A stretch of DNA of 64,000 nt from Candidatus Latescibacterota bacterium (GTDB lineage Bacteria > Latescibacterota > UBA2968 > UBA8231): NCBI GenBank assembly GCA_965243025.1, contig CBDETY010000003.1, positions 576,001 to 640,000 of the forward strand. Reading direction: 5' to 3'. Shown here piece after piece: positions 10,661 to 18,820 of the stretch; the first letter of the stretch is position 1; every line of letters starts with the position of its first letter. A model generated the notes under the pieces. It did not search any database. It saw nothing but the letters and a program-made list of their open reading frames with translations, and was not told where the DNA came from. A program made the translations under genes and the position numbers.

Positions 10661-10701
10661 TCTCCCATGGCGTGGGTGATTTTCACCCATGGCATGGGGG
10701 A
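10661..10701. terminator. Long imperfect hairpin between convergent ybbP and tesA (bidirectional terminator or REP-like)
   Basis: TCTCCCATGGCGTGGGTGA-TTT-TCACCCATGGCATGGGGGA, 19-nt arms with 3 non-Watson-Crick positions. Confidence 0.5.
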
Positions 10702-11448
10702 TTACCCGTTCGGTTCTCCCGCCAGGCGGCGCAGCAGCGGTTCGAGGGAAGCCCACACCACCGCGGCGACGCGGGCGTGTCCCGCCGCGTTCGGGTGGAT
10801 GCCGTCGGCGAACATCAACTCCGGATCTCCGCCGACCCCTTCGAGCAGGAACGGAATCAGCAGGGCCCCGCTCCGCTCGGCGAGACGGGGGAAGATGTCG
10901 CGGAAGCGGCCTGTGTAGTCCGGCCCGAGGTTGGGGGGAAGCTGCATGCCGGCGATCACCAGCTCGACTCCGGGGTTCTTCTTCCTTGCCCGCGCCAGAA
11001 TGGCGGCGAGGTTGCTCTCGGTCTGCTGCAGCGGCAGGCCGCGCAGCCCGTCGTTGCCCCCCAGCTCGAGGACGAAGACGTCGACCGGCCGGCGCAGGAC
11101 CCAGTCGACGCGGCGCAGGCCGGCGGCGGTGGTCTCGCCGTCGAGGCCGGCGTTGACGACGCGGAAGTTCCACCCCAGCGAGTCGATGCGGGCCTGCACG
11201 AGGGCGGGGTAGGCCTGCTCGCGATCCAGGCTGTACCCCGAGGTCAGGCTGTCGCCGAAGAAGAGGATGGTGCGCGCGCTGTCCCCCGACGCCAGGGCGG
11301 CGGCGGGGGTATCGGCAAGGCAGAGGGAATTGGAGAGCAGTGCGCAGAGGAGGAAAAGCCCGAGGCCAAGGAACCCTCTTGAGGGATGCGATACGCCTCG
11401 CCGCCTTCCGGCGCTGATATTCCCGATGCCATCGACGGGGTATTTCAC
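10702..11448 (-). CDS. tesA: Arylesterase/thioesterase I/lysophospholipase L1 (GDSL, TesA-like), exported
   Basis: FFGDSLT, VNAGLDGETT, LELGGNDG, DGIHPN; hydrophobic signal segment; start approximate (GTG at 11448). Confidence 0.88.
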   Translation of the reverse strand: MKYPVDGIGNISAGRRRGVSHPSRGFLGLGLFLLCALLSNSLCLADTPAAALASGDSARTILFFGDSLTSGYSLDREQAYPALVQARIDSLGWNFRVVNAGLDGETTAAGLRRVDWVLRRPVDVFVLELGGNDGLRGLPLQQTESNLAAILARARKKNPGVELVIAGMQLPPNLGPDYTGRFRDIFPRLAERSGALLIPFLLEGVGGDPELMFADGIHPNAAGHARVAAVVWASLEPLLRRLAGEPNG

Positions 11449-11757
11449 TTGGCCTCGTCCCACTCGCTCGCCTCGATTTCCGCCTGGGGTGCCGGGCGGG
11501 GTCTCAAAAGTTCCCGAGGATCCCCCGTCGGCCGTCACGTTCCTTTCGCCAGGGGGGCTCGGTGAAGGTGATTGGATTATCATTGAAAGGAATGGTATGG
11601 AGAGGACGTTGGAGAACCACTTCGTTCCTCCAACAGGTCAATTGGACCTGATTCCCGTAAAAATACCGATGCGATAAAACCGATAGGCGGAAGGTGCGGT
11701 GCCGGAGCTGGTGGAGCAATGGGTGGGTTCTGACCGATTCGCCCCGGGTTCAATGAG

Positions 11758-12765
11758 ATGAGCAGGGAAACCCCCGCAACCCCTCCTGAAGGTGAGATCG
11801 CCGTCTACGAAACACCGGATGGCGAAGTGCGTGTGGATGTCCGCCTCGGCCAGGAAACCGTTTGGCTGACCCAACGGCAGATGGCGCAAGTTTTCGACAC
11901 CACCCCCGAGAACGTCCAGATGCACCTGCGAAACGTATTCTCCAGCGGGGAGTTGGAGTCAGAGGCAACTGCCAAGGATTTCTTGGTAGTTCAAACCGAG
12001 GGCAAGCGCCGGGTTCGACGAACCCTCAAGCATTACGACCTCGACGCCATCATTTCGGTAGGCTACCGGGTCAACTCAAAGAAAGGCGTGCGCTTCCGCC
12101 AATGGGCCACCAGAACCCTCCGCGATCACCTGGTCCGGGGCTACACCCTGAACGAGCGTCGTCTCGCCGAGCGCGGACTGCGGGAAGCCCGGGAAACCCT
12201 CGATCTCCTCGCCCGGACTCTTCGGAATCAGGCGCTCGTGGACAATACCGGGCAGGCCGTTCTGGAGCTCATCAGCGGCTATTCAGACACTTGGCGCCTG
12301 CTCCTCGAATACGACGAGGACCGGCTGGCGACGCCGCCCGGGGCAAAGCCGTCCGTTGGGGTGCTCGATGGCGATCGCGCCATCCGGGCAATCGCCGAGT
12401 TCAAGCGGGAACTGATGGCGCGCGACGAGGCTTCTTCCCTGTTCGGCAATCCTCGCGGCGACGCTCTGGAGGCTATTCTCGGGAGCATCGAGCAGACCAT
12501 GTTCGGCGAGTCCCTCTACCGCTCTCCCGAGGAGAAGGCGGCGCATCTGCTCTATTTCATCGTGAAGGATCACCCCTTCACCGATGGCAACAAGCGCATC
12601 GGCTCCCTGTTGTTTCTGCTGTACCTGAAGCAGGAGGGCCTTGACCATCGGCTCAATCCCGAGGCTTTGACGGCGCTCACCCTGCTTATTGCTGAAAGCC
12701 AGGCCGCCGGCAAGGACCTTATGGTCCGCCTCATCATCAATCTGCTGGCGGAGTCTGCCGGGTGA
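11758..12765 (+). CDS. Virulence RhuM family protein fused to a Fic/Doc domain
   Basis: ETVWLTQRQMAQVF, YDLDAIISVGYRVNS, FRQWAT; Doc-type motif HPFTDGNKR. Confidence 0.9.
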   Translation: MSRETPATPPEGEIAVYETPDGEVRVDVRLGQETVWLTQRQMAQVFDTTPENVQMHLRNVFSSGELESEATAKDFLVVQTEGKRRVRRTLKHYDLDAIISVGYRVNSKKGVRFRQWATRTLRDHLVRGYTLNERRLAERGLREARETLDLLARTLRNQALVDNTGQAVLELISGYSDTWRLLLEYDEDRLATPPGAKPSVGVLDGDRAIRAIAEFKRELMARDEASSLFGNPRGDALEAILGSIEQTMFGESLYRSPEEKAAHLLYFIVKDHPFTDGNKRIGSLLFLLYLKQEGLDHRLNPEALTALTLLIAESQAAGKDLMVRLIINLLAESAG

Positions 12766-12821
12766 GGGGTCAGTCCGATCGCGAAGCCGCCCCTTGCGAT
12801 GCCGGCAACAGGAGACGGGGA

Positions 12822-13640
12822 ATGTCTGAGGACCTGCTGATTCTGGAACCCGGCCAGAAGCGGTTCTTCGACGACAACGGGTACCTGCTGCTGCCGGGCT
12901 TCTACGGCCCCGGCGAGATGGAGGAGATGCGGCGGCAGTTTCACGAGTTGGTCACCGACAGGGATGGGCGTCCGCGGAACATGAGCTACTCCTTCATGGA
13001 GCCTGTGGAGGGGTACCCTCCCGACGGGTTCAACCCCGGGAACGTCGTCGGCATGATGGACCAGACCCTGGCGAACGACTACTGGTTCGACCAGTTCACC
13101 GAGCCGCGGATCGTGTCGGTGATGGTCGACCTGCTCGGGCCGAACCTAGACTTCCACAACGGCAAGATCCGCAACAAGCCGCCGGGATTCACCAACACCC
13201 AGGGCTGGCACCAGGACTGGCCGTACGTGCTGCACACCGAGCCCGACCTCGCCGCGGCGATCACCTACCTCGACGCGACCGACGCCGGCGCCGGAGCCAC
13301 CGAGGTGATTCCGGGAAGCCATCTCGACGGCTTCCTGCCAACCGTGGAAGACCGGCCGACCCTGGTGCAGGAGAATGTGCCGGAGGAGAGGCGGGAGGTC
13401 ATTCGGGCGCAACCCGGAGACGTGGCCGTCATCCACGTCCTTGTGATTCACCAGGCCGGAAACAACCGCACTTCGACGAGCCGCAACGCCATCATCAACG
13501 AGTACAAGACCGCGGAGACAATCGACCAGTGGAACAACCGCTGCGCCTTCGCCGGACTGCCGCTGGCGCGCAACCGGGAGCTGCTGATGCCGCGCGTCAA
13601 CGAGACGGGGAAGGACAGCCGAAAGGGACAGCCGCCGTGA
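12822..13640 (+). CDS. PhyH family dioxygenase
   Basis: FFDDNGYL, KPPG, GWHQD, IPGSH, GDVAVIH, HQAGNN. Confidence 0.88.
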   Translation: MSEDLLILEPGQKRFFDDNGYLLLPGFYGPGEMEEMRRQFHELVTDRDGRPRNMSYSFMEPVEGYPPDGFNPGNVVGMMDQTLANDYWFDQFTEPRIVSVMVDLLGPNLDFHNGKIRNKPPGFTNTQGWHQDWPYVLHTEPDLAAAITYLDATDAGAGATEVIPGSHLDGFLPTVEDRPTLVQENVPEERREVIRAQPGDVAVIHVLVIHQAGNNRTSTSRNAIINEYKTAETIDQWNNRCAFAGLPLARNRELLMPRVNETGKDSRKGQPP

Positions 13641-13700
13641 CAGGGAGCTGGGAGCGAAGCGACAACGAGGTGCCCGTCGCGCTGCGGAACGTGGCGGCGC
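13550..13700 (+). repeat. Direct repeat copy 1 (phyH 3' end plus decayed M20 5' stub), paired with 17514-17664
   Basis: Ungapped manual alignment, about 15 mismatches in the first ~140 nt; stub reads VTGSWERSDNEVPVAL vs MTGSWERSDNEVLAAL. Confidence 0.9.
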
Positions 13701-13716
13701 GAACCCCTTCCTCTAT

Positions 13717-15273
13717 CAGGCCGTTGAAAATCCGGGTTATTCCGGAAACCCCGGACGTCGCGGATGTATGATTTCCTTTCCCAAGAAAATCGGTTATCAG
13801 GCTAAACATTCCCATTTATAGAAATGGTCCCGAAAAGGACAGCTCAACAATCGCAAATAACCGAAAATTCGACCCAAAAGAGCGTTTGCGCGATCGGCAA
13901 AAGTCGAGAAAACCGATGCCAATCCATACAACCCTTTCGGCGTTCCCTTTCCGGTGAGCTTGCGCATCACCAGCCCGAGATTGAAGGCGCCGCCATGAAT
14001 ACACAGACGCTTGTAGATGTTGGTGTGGCCGCGCAGGTGAGTGCGGCGCATGCCTCCCGTTTCGTAGGTATGAGCGAAACTGCGCTCCACGTGCTCGGCG
14101 CGAAGCCGCTGCAGCCTCTTGCCGCGGTCTCCCCGTATACGCCGACGATTCGCATACACCGCCGTCTTGGCCGGCGCATCCTTCTTCCAGTTGCGCCGAC
14201 CGCGATCCGGTTCGGCCACGTAGCTGCGGATCTCCGCCGTCCTCAGCATCTTCATCGTGTCATTGCTGTGATACCCCCGGTCCGCCACCACTTCGCTCAG
14301 CCTGATCTGCTCATCGACACCGACCTCTTTCAGGCTGCGGTCCGCCTGCACCAGACTCCACAGCAGCGACGCGGTATCCCCTTCATCGGCGCCGCACACC
14401 TGCAGGGCCACCAGCGCCTGCGTGTCCAGATCGACCGTATGTTCGGCCTTGTGGGCCATATGCGTGCGGCCGTCTTTCATCCTGGTTATGCGGGCCTCCC
14501 GATCATGGGGATGCGCCCAGTCCCGGTTGGACGCCTTGTTGGCCCGCTTGCGGTCGAGCCGGGCCACCTCCTGCCGGGTCGGCTCCGGAATGCCTTCGGC
14601 CCGGGCCAACCCTTCCAGATACTCGCGGTAGCCCTGGCCCGTATCCCGGCGCACGATGCTGCGCATCGCCGCGTTGGCCTCCAGCGTGGTGGCGTCCACC
14701 GCCACCGTCTTTCCCTGCAGCAGGTCCCGGTCGGACAACACCTTCAGCACCCAGTCGAAGACCGCTTCGTGCACCGCTTCGGGCAGGCGCTGACGAATAC
14801 GCGACAGGCTCGAATGATCCGGGGTGGACTCGGTCAGGGCGTAGCCGAGAAAGCGACGCAGAGCCAACGAATCGGCGACCCGCCAGGCAATGGCCCGCTC
14901 CGATCCCAGGCCTTCGAAATAGCCGATCATGAGCATGCGGAAATACACCCCGGGAGCAATACTGGGACGGCCCAACCTCTGGGCGTAATACGGGGCGCAC
15001 TGCTCTTCTACAAAGGAATCAAACCCATGCTCTTCCAGCAGCCGGTTGAGTTGGGTGTAAAACGGATGGCTCGGGGTCTCGGGGAGGGTATGGGTCGGCA
15101 CCCAGATCTCCTGCTGCTGACTTTTCCGACGTTTGCTCATCGACATCACCGGCCTCCTTGGGGCATCGGCTCGTTTTTCTTGGATCTTTCATAAATCTAG
15201 AAAAGGGCGGGTACGACGGGCAATCGTCTGAGGCTATGTTTTTATTAGGAAATAGGACTTTTTCAACAGCCTG
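13717..15273 (-). mobile_element. IS1182/IS5-like insertion sequence, copy 1 (1557 bp)
   Basis: Terminal IRs CAGGCCGTTGAAAA / TTTTCAACAGCCTG; 4-bp TSD CTAT (13713-13716, 15274-15277). Confidence 0.92.
13797..15149 (-). CDS. DDE transposase (DUF772/InsH-like N-terminus)
   Basis: GRPSIAP, SERAIAW, TPDHSSLSR, VDATT, VADRGY, VERSFAH. Confidence 0.92.
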   Translation of the reverse strand: MMSMSKRRKSQQQEIWVPTHTLPETPSHPFYTQLNRLLEEHGFDSFVEEQCAPYYAQRLGRPSIAPGVYFRMLMIGYFEGLGSERAIAWRVADSLALRRFLGYALTESTPDHSSLSRIRQRLPEAVHEAVFDWVLKVLSDRDLLQGKTVAVDATTLEANAAMRSIVRRDTGQGYREYLEGLARAEGIPEPTRQEVARLDRKRANKASNRDWAHPHDREARITRMKDGRTHMAHKAEHTVDLDTQALVALQVCGADEGDTASLLWSLVQADRSLKEVGVDEQIRLSEVVADRGYHSNDTMKMLRTAEIRSYVAEPDRGRRNWKKDAPAKTAVYANRRRIRGDRGKRLQRLRAEHVERSFAHTYETGGMRRTHLRGHTNIYKRLCIHGGAFNLGLVMRKLTGKGTPKGLYGLASVFSTFADRANALLGRIFGYLRLLSCPFRDHFYKWECLA

Positions 15274-15372
15274 CTATATGTGGGCCGGTCGTTACCCCTG
15301 CCCCCTGACCTTGTGGGGCGTTCCCTGGAAGCCAATGAAACGATCCCCAGGTAGATGGTGTGCACGGGACGA

Positions 15373-16245
15373 TCATTGGTACCGGTATAGGGTTCCTTCC
15401 TGCGGGACAGCCTTGGCAGTAAGCACCAGTACGTAGGATCGGCCCTCTATACTGCTTCCCCCGACTATAACTGTGTCGCCGTTCTTCACGTTGAGGGTCG
15501 TCTCCAGCAGTTGAATCCGGAACAGATCTTGTCTTTCTATTGGCACGTTAGAAACTATCGGTGTAACGACCTCGATTCCGAGATGCTCCAACCTGATCAT
15601 GCCCGATCCTGGATCGTAAGAAGGCATGGCATCGAGTTGGAAAATTTCCCTACCACGGTCCGAAGGCCCACGCTGTTTGACAGTCAGCCCGAGATCCTCG
15701 ACCCGTTCCCCGGAGTTAACTGTAATTGAGGCGATACTCAGCAACTGATAGCCCTGCAAGTTGAACGGCGGCCGCATCAATGCCGGGTGGGGTTGCGTGT
15801 TGTACCTGCCTTTCGAGTCTCCGGAATCGCCCGTTTCTTTTTCTACCCCGAGCATTAGCTGGAAGCTCAAGGAGATTGTTGCTTTCGATGGCCGGATCGC
15901 CTCGTATATCCTCGTTGCCCTGGTAGCCATTTCGACGGTTTTCAACCTCAGAAAGAAACGGTCTCCAAGGGTGCCTGAAGTGTCAATCTCGATACCGAAT
16001 ATCGGGAGAGATGCCTTCAGGTTTTCCCAGGCGTCAAGGTCCTCGTCCGGTGCCGAGACGACGACCTCCGGCGGCAGCCATCTTCGGAGTTCCAATTCTT
16101 GAAATGAGCGTTCGATGATGGGGACAGGCCCCTCGGGTTCTTCGGCCCACGCGATCCCGGAAACCGCTGTAAGGCCCAGTCCGGCAAGCGCGAAGACCAC
16201 GGCCACCAATCGCGGCAATCTCCTCCTTGGTGTCATCGGTCTCAT
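15373..16245 (-). CDS. Exported hypothetical protein with secretin-like C-terminal motif
   Basis: Signal-peptide-like N-terminus (RRRLPRLVAVVFALAGL...AWA); C-terminal LLETTLNVKNGDTVIVGG; 2 nt from the anti-sigma stop. Confidence 0.6.
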   Translation of the reverse strand: MRPMTPRRRLPRLVAVVFALAGLGLTAVSGIAWAEEPEGPVPIIERSFQELELRRWLPPEVVVSAPDEDLDAWENLKASLPIFGIEIDTSGTLGDRFFLRLKTVEMATRATRIYEAIRPSKATISLSFQLMLGVEKETGDSGDSKGRYNTQPHPALMRPPFNLQGYQLLSIASITVNSGERVEDLGLTVKQRGPSDRGREIFQLDAMPSYDPGSGMIRLEHLGIEVVTPIVSNVPIERQDLFRIQLLETTLNVKNGDTVIVGGSSIEGRSYVLVLTAKAVPQEGTLYRYQ

Positions 16246-16247
16246 GA

Positions 16248-16808
16248 TTACATCTCCTCCGAAATGATCCAGACCACCGTGGTTTCCGGATCCGCCTGGT
16301 AAATGATGTGAGTGCCTTTCGGGAATGAAATCGATTCTACGAGAGGAGGAGGGCCGGCGCCTGGAAGAGGTGAATCGGGATTCAGGCGGCGGACCAGTGC
16401 CATCAACTGCGATCTGTCGATGCCGCCGGGGAACTTCTCCACTGAATCTTCCGCTGAAGGAGCCGGCGCCTCGACCTCCCCGGGCGGCAGGAGGTGAATC
16501 GACAAGGCTCCGATTCCTGCGATCACAAGTACCGCTGCCGCCGCATAACCACGCAGGCCCCAGGACCTTTTCCGTCTTTCCTGCGGGTCGTTCTCGATCC
16601 TGGCGCGCACTTCCGCGGCCAGATCGACCGGGAGCGCCGCTGCCGTCCCCTCTGCAAGCTGCCGCGATATCTCTCGTGAACGGCTGAAGGCGCGGGTTTC
16701 GGCCGCGCAGCCGGGACAGCGCCGCAGGTGCCTGTTCACCGCGCCAGTTGCCAGGCCCGGGAGATCCCCCTGCAGTGGGAGAAGCTTTTTCACCAGCCAG
16801 CAGATCAT
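16248..16808 (-). CDS. Zinc-finger (ZAS) anti-sigma factor with one TM helix
   Basis: HLRRCPGC (HxxxCxxC), TM AAAAVLVIAGIGALSI; ATGA overlap with the sigma gene. Confidence 0.8.
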   Translation of the reverse strand: MICWLVKKLLPLQGDLPGLATGAVNRHLRRCPGCAAETRAFSRSREISRQLAEGTAAALPVDLAAEVRARIENDPQERRKRSWGLRGYAAAAVLVIAGIGALSIHLLPPGEVEAPAPSAEDSVEKFPGGIDRSQLMALVRRLNPDSPLPGAGPPPLVESISFPKGTHIIYQADPETTVVWIISEEM

Positions 16809-17332
16809 CCGGTATCCTCCAGGCTCCGCCTTATCCTGCGCCGCGCATGGTAGAGGTGCACTCGCACCGTGGCCGCTGTGCAGTCCATGACCGCAGCGAC
16901 CTCCTCGAGAGGGAATTGCTGCAGGTCCCTCAATGTGAAGGCGGTCCGCTGTTTCGGGCTCAGGTCCGCCAGGCAGTTCTCCAGCGACAGCCTCAAGTCA
17001 TGCATCCCGATGACGTCCCGGTCCTGAGGCTCGACCGTCAGCGACACCCTGCGGTCGCGTTTCTCCCTTCTCATGAAGTCGATGGCGGTGTTGACGACGA
17101 GCCTGTAAAGCCAGGCGTCGAAGGAGACCCGGGGGTTGTACCTGCCGAGGTTCTCGTGCAGTTTGAGAAAGCTCTCCTGGCAGACGTCCATGGCATCGTC
17201 GGCGTCGCCCACGATCTGGCACGCGATCCGGAAGCATTTCTCCTGGCGGGACCGCAGGATCCCTTCAAAGGCATCGAGGTCGCCGGCGGCTGCGCGGCGA
17301 ACGAGGCTTTCCAGAGCACGCTCATCTGACAT
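16805..17332 (-). CDS. ECF-family RNA polymerase sigma factor
   Basis: GDLDAFE, DAMDVCQESF, FDAWLYRLVVN, LSPKQR, TVRVHLYHARR; probable ATG at 17332. Confidence 0.9.
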   Translation of the reverse strand: MSDERALESLVRRAAAGDLDAFEGILRSRQEKCFRIACQIVGDADDAMDVCQESFLKLHENLGRYNPRVSFDAWLYRLVVNTAIDFMRREKRDRRVSLTVEPQDRDVIGMHDLRLSLENCLADLSPKQRTAFTLRDLQQFPLEEVAAVMDCTAATVRVHLYHARRRIRRSLEDTG

Positions 17333-17513
17333 TGTGAGTTGCAGCGGCCGGGTCAATCCTCGTTCCGCCAAAGTTCCCTGTCCGGGTTGTCTTCGGGATG
17401 TCAGATCCGGAAGGGGTCGCGACACACCAGTGCTCGCGACACCAGTGGTCGCTCAAGTATAACGCAGCGAAAGTGAGAGATGTTTAGTTTTCCGCCCGGA
17501 TAACGAGCCATTC

Positions 17514-17664
17514 CGCCGGACTGCCGCTGGCCCGCAACCGCAAGCTGCTGATGCCGCGCGTCAGCGAGGCGGGGAAGGACAGACGAAAGGGAAAGCCGAC
17601 ATGACAGGGAGTTGGGAACGAAGCGACAACGAGGTGCTCGCCGCGCTGCAGGACGCAGTGGCGA
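17514..17664 (+). repeat. Direct repeat copy 2 (orphan phyH 3' tail plus start of intact M20)
   Basis: Encodes AGLPLARNRKLLMPRVSEAGKDRRKGKPT*, matching the tail of phyH 12822-13640; ATGA junction retained. Confidence 0.9.
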
Positions 17665-18773
17665 TAGAGAGCGTGAACCCCTCGCTGCCCGGGGGCCGGG
17701 ACGGGGAAGGCGGAATGGTCGAGTACCTGTCCGGCTTCTTCGACGGTATCGGGCTGCCGTTCGAGCTGTCGGAGGCGCTGCCGGGCCGCCACAACATCAT
17801 CGCCCGGCTCGAGGGGGAGGATCCGGACCGGGCGCTGCTGTTCGAGTGCCACATGGACACCGCTTCCGTCGAGGTGATGTCGATTCCCCCGTTCGAGCCG
17901 CACATCCGCGACGGCCTGATGTACGGCCGCGGCTCGGCCGACACCAAGGCCGGCGGCGTCGCCATGATGCACGCCATGAAGCGCCTGGTCGAATCGGGGC
18001 GCAAGCCGCCGCGCACCATCCTCTACGCCGGCTCGGTCGACGAGGAGTACCTGATGAGGGGCGCGCGCCACCTCGCCGGCTGGATCGGGGTCGAGGCCGC
18101 CGTCATCGCCGAGCCTACCGACCTCGCGGTGATCCGCGGCCACAAGGGGGTGGTCCGCTTCCACGTCGCCGTCAACGGCAAGGCGGCGCACAGCTCCAAG
18201 CCCTGGCTCGGCGTCAACGCCATCTCCGGGATGGCGCGGCTGGTCGCCCGCCTCGAGGAGGTGATCGGCGCCGACTACGCCAGCCGGAACGACCCGCTGC
18301 TCGGCAACCCGACCATGAACATCGGCGTCATCGAGGGGGGCATGCAGGTCAACTTCGTGCCCGACACCTGCCGCATCGAGGTCGACGTGCGCACCATACC
18401 GGGGCAGACCGCGGAGGAGGTGACGGCGCAGTTCGCCGCCGCCATCGCGGAACTGGACGGAATCGACGCCGTCCTCGAGGAACCGTCCATCACCCTGGCG
18501 GGCCTGGGCACCGGCGAGGAGGCGGAGATCGTGCAGAGCGCCGCCGCCGCCTGCCGCGAGGTCCTGGGAGATGCGGAGATCGACGGGGTGCCGTACGCCA
18601 CCGACGGCAGCCCGTTCGCCGACCGCGGGGTGCCGACCATCATCCTCGGGCCCGGCAGCATCGACCAGGCCCACGGCGCCGTCGAGTGGATCGAGTGCCG
18701 GCAGGTGATTCAGGCGGTCGACGTGTACGAGCGGATCATGCTGAGTCCGGGCAAGGGCTCGCCGGTGAAGTAA
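17601..18773 (+). CDS. M20 metallopeptidase, ArgE/DapE-like deacylase
   Basis: HMDT, GRGSADTKAG, VDEE, AEPT, GKAAHSS, QAHG. Confidence 0.9.
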   Translation: MTGSWERSDNEVLAALQDAVAIESVNPSLPGGRDGEGGMVEYLSGFFDGIGLPFELSEALPGRHNIIARLEGEDPDRALLFECHMDTASVEVMSIPPFEPHIRDGLMYGRGSADTKAGGVAMMHAMKRLVESGRKPPRTILYAGSVDEEYLMRGARHLAGWIGVEAAVIAEPTDLAVIRGHKGVVRFHVAVNGKAAHSSKPWLGVNAISGMARLVARLEEVIGADYASRNDPLLGNPTMNIGVIEGGMQVNFVPDTCRIEVDVRTIPGQTAEEVTAQFAAAIAELDGIDAVLEEPSITLAGLGTGEEAEIVQSAAAACREVLGDAEIDGVPYATDGSPFADRGVPTIILGPGSIDQAHGAVEWIECRQVIQAVDVYERIMLSPGKGSPVK

Positions 18774-18820
18774 CTGCCTGTGCGGCGACGCCTGGATTCG
18801 GGGCCCGGCCTGGAACCCGC

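Noticed and set aside
13824-15194. 456-aa ORF antisense to the transposase, present in both IS copies
   Set aside because: Identity merely reflects identical IS copies; no recognisable domain.
17417-17452. Imperfect tandem repeat (CACCAGTG..TCGC twice) upstream of the ECF sigma gene
   Set aside because: Only two short imperfect units; cannot be told apart from a slippage duplication.
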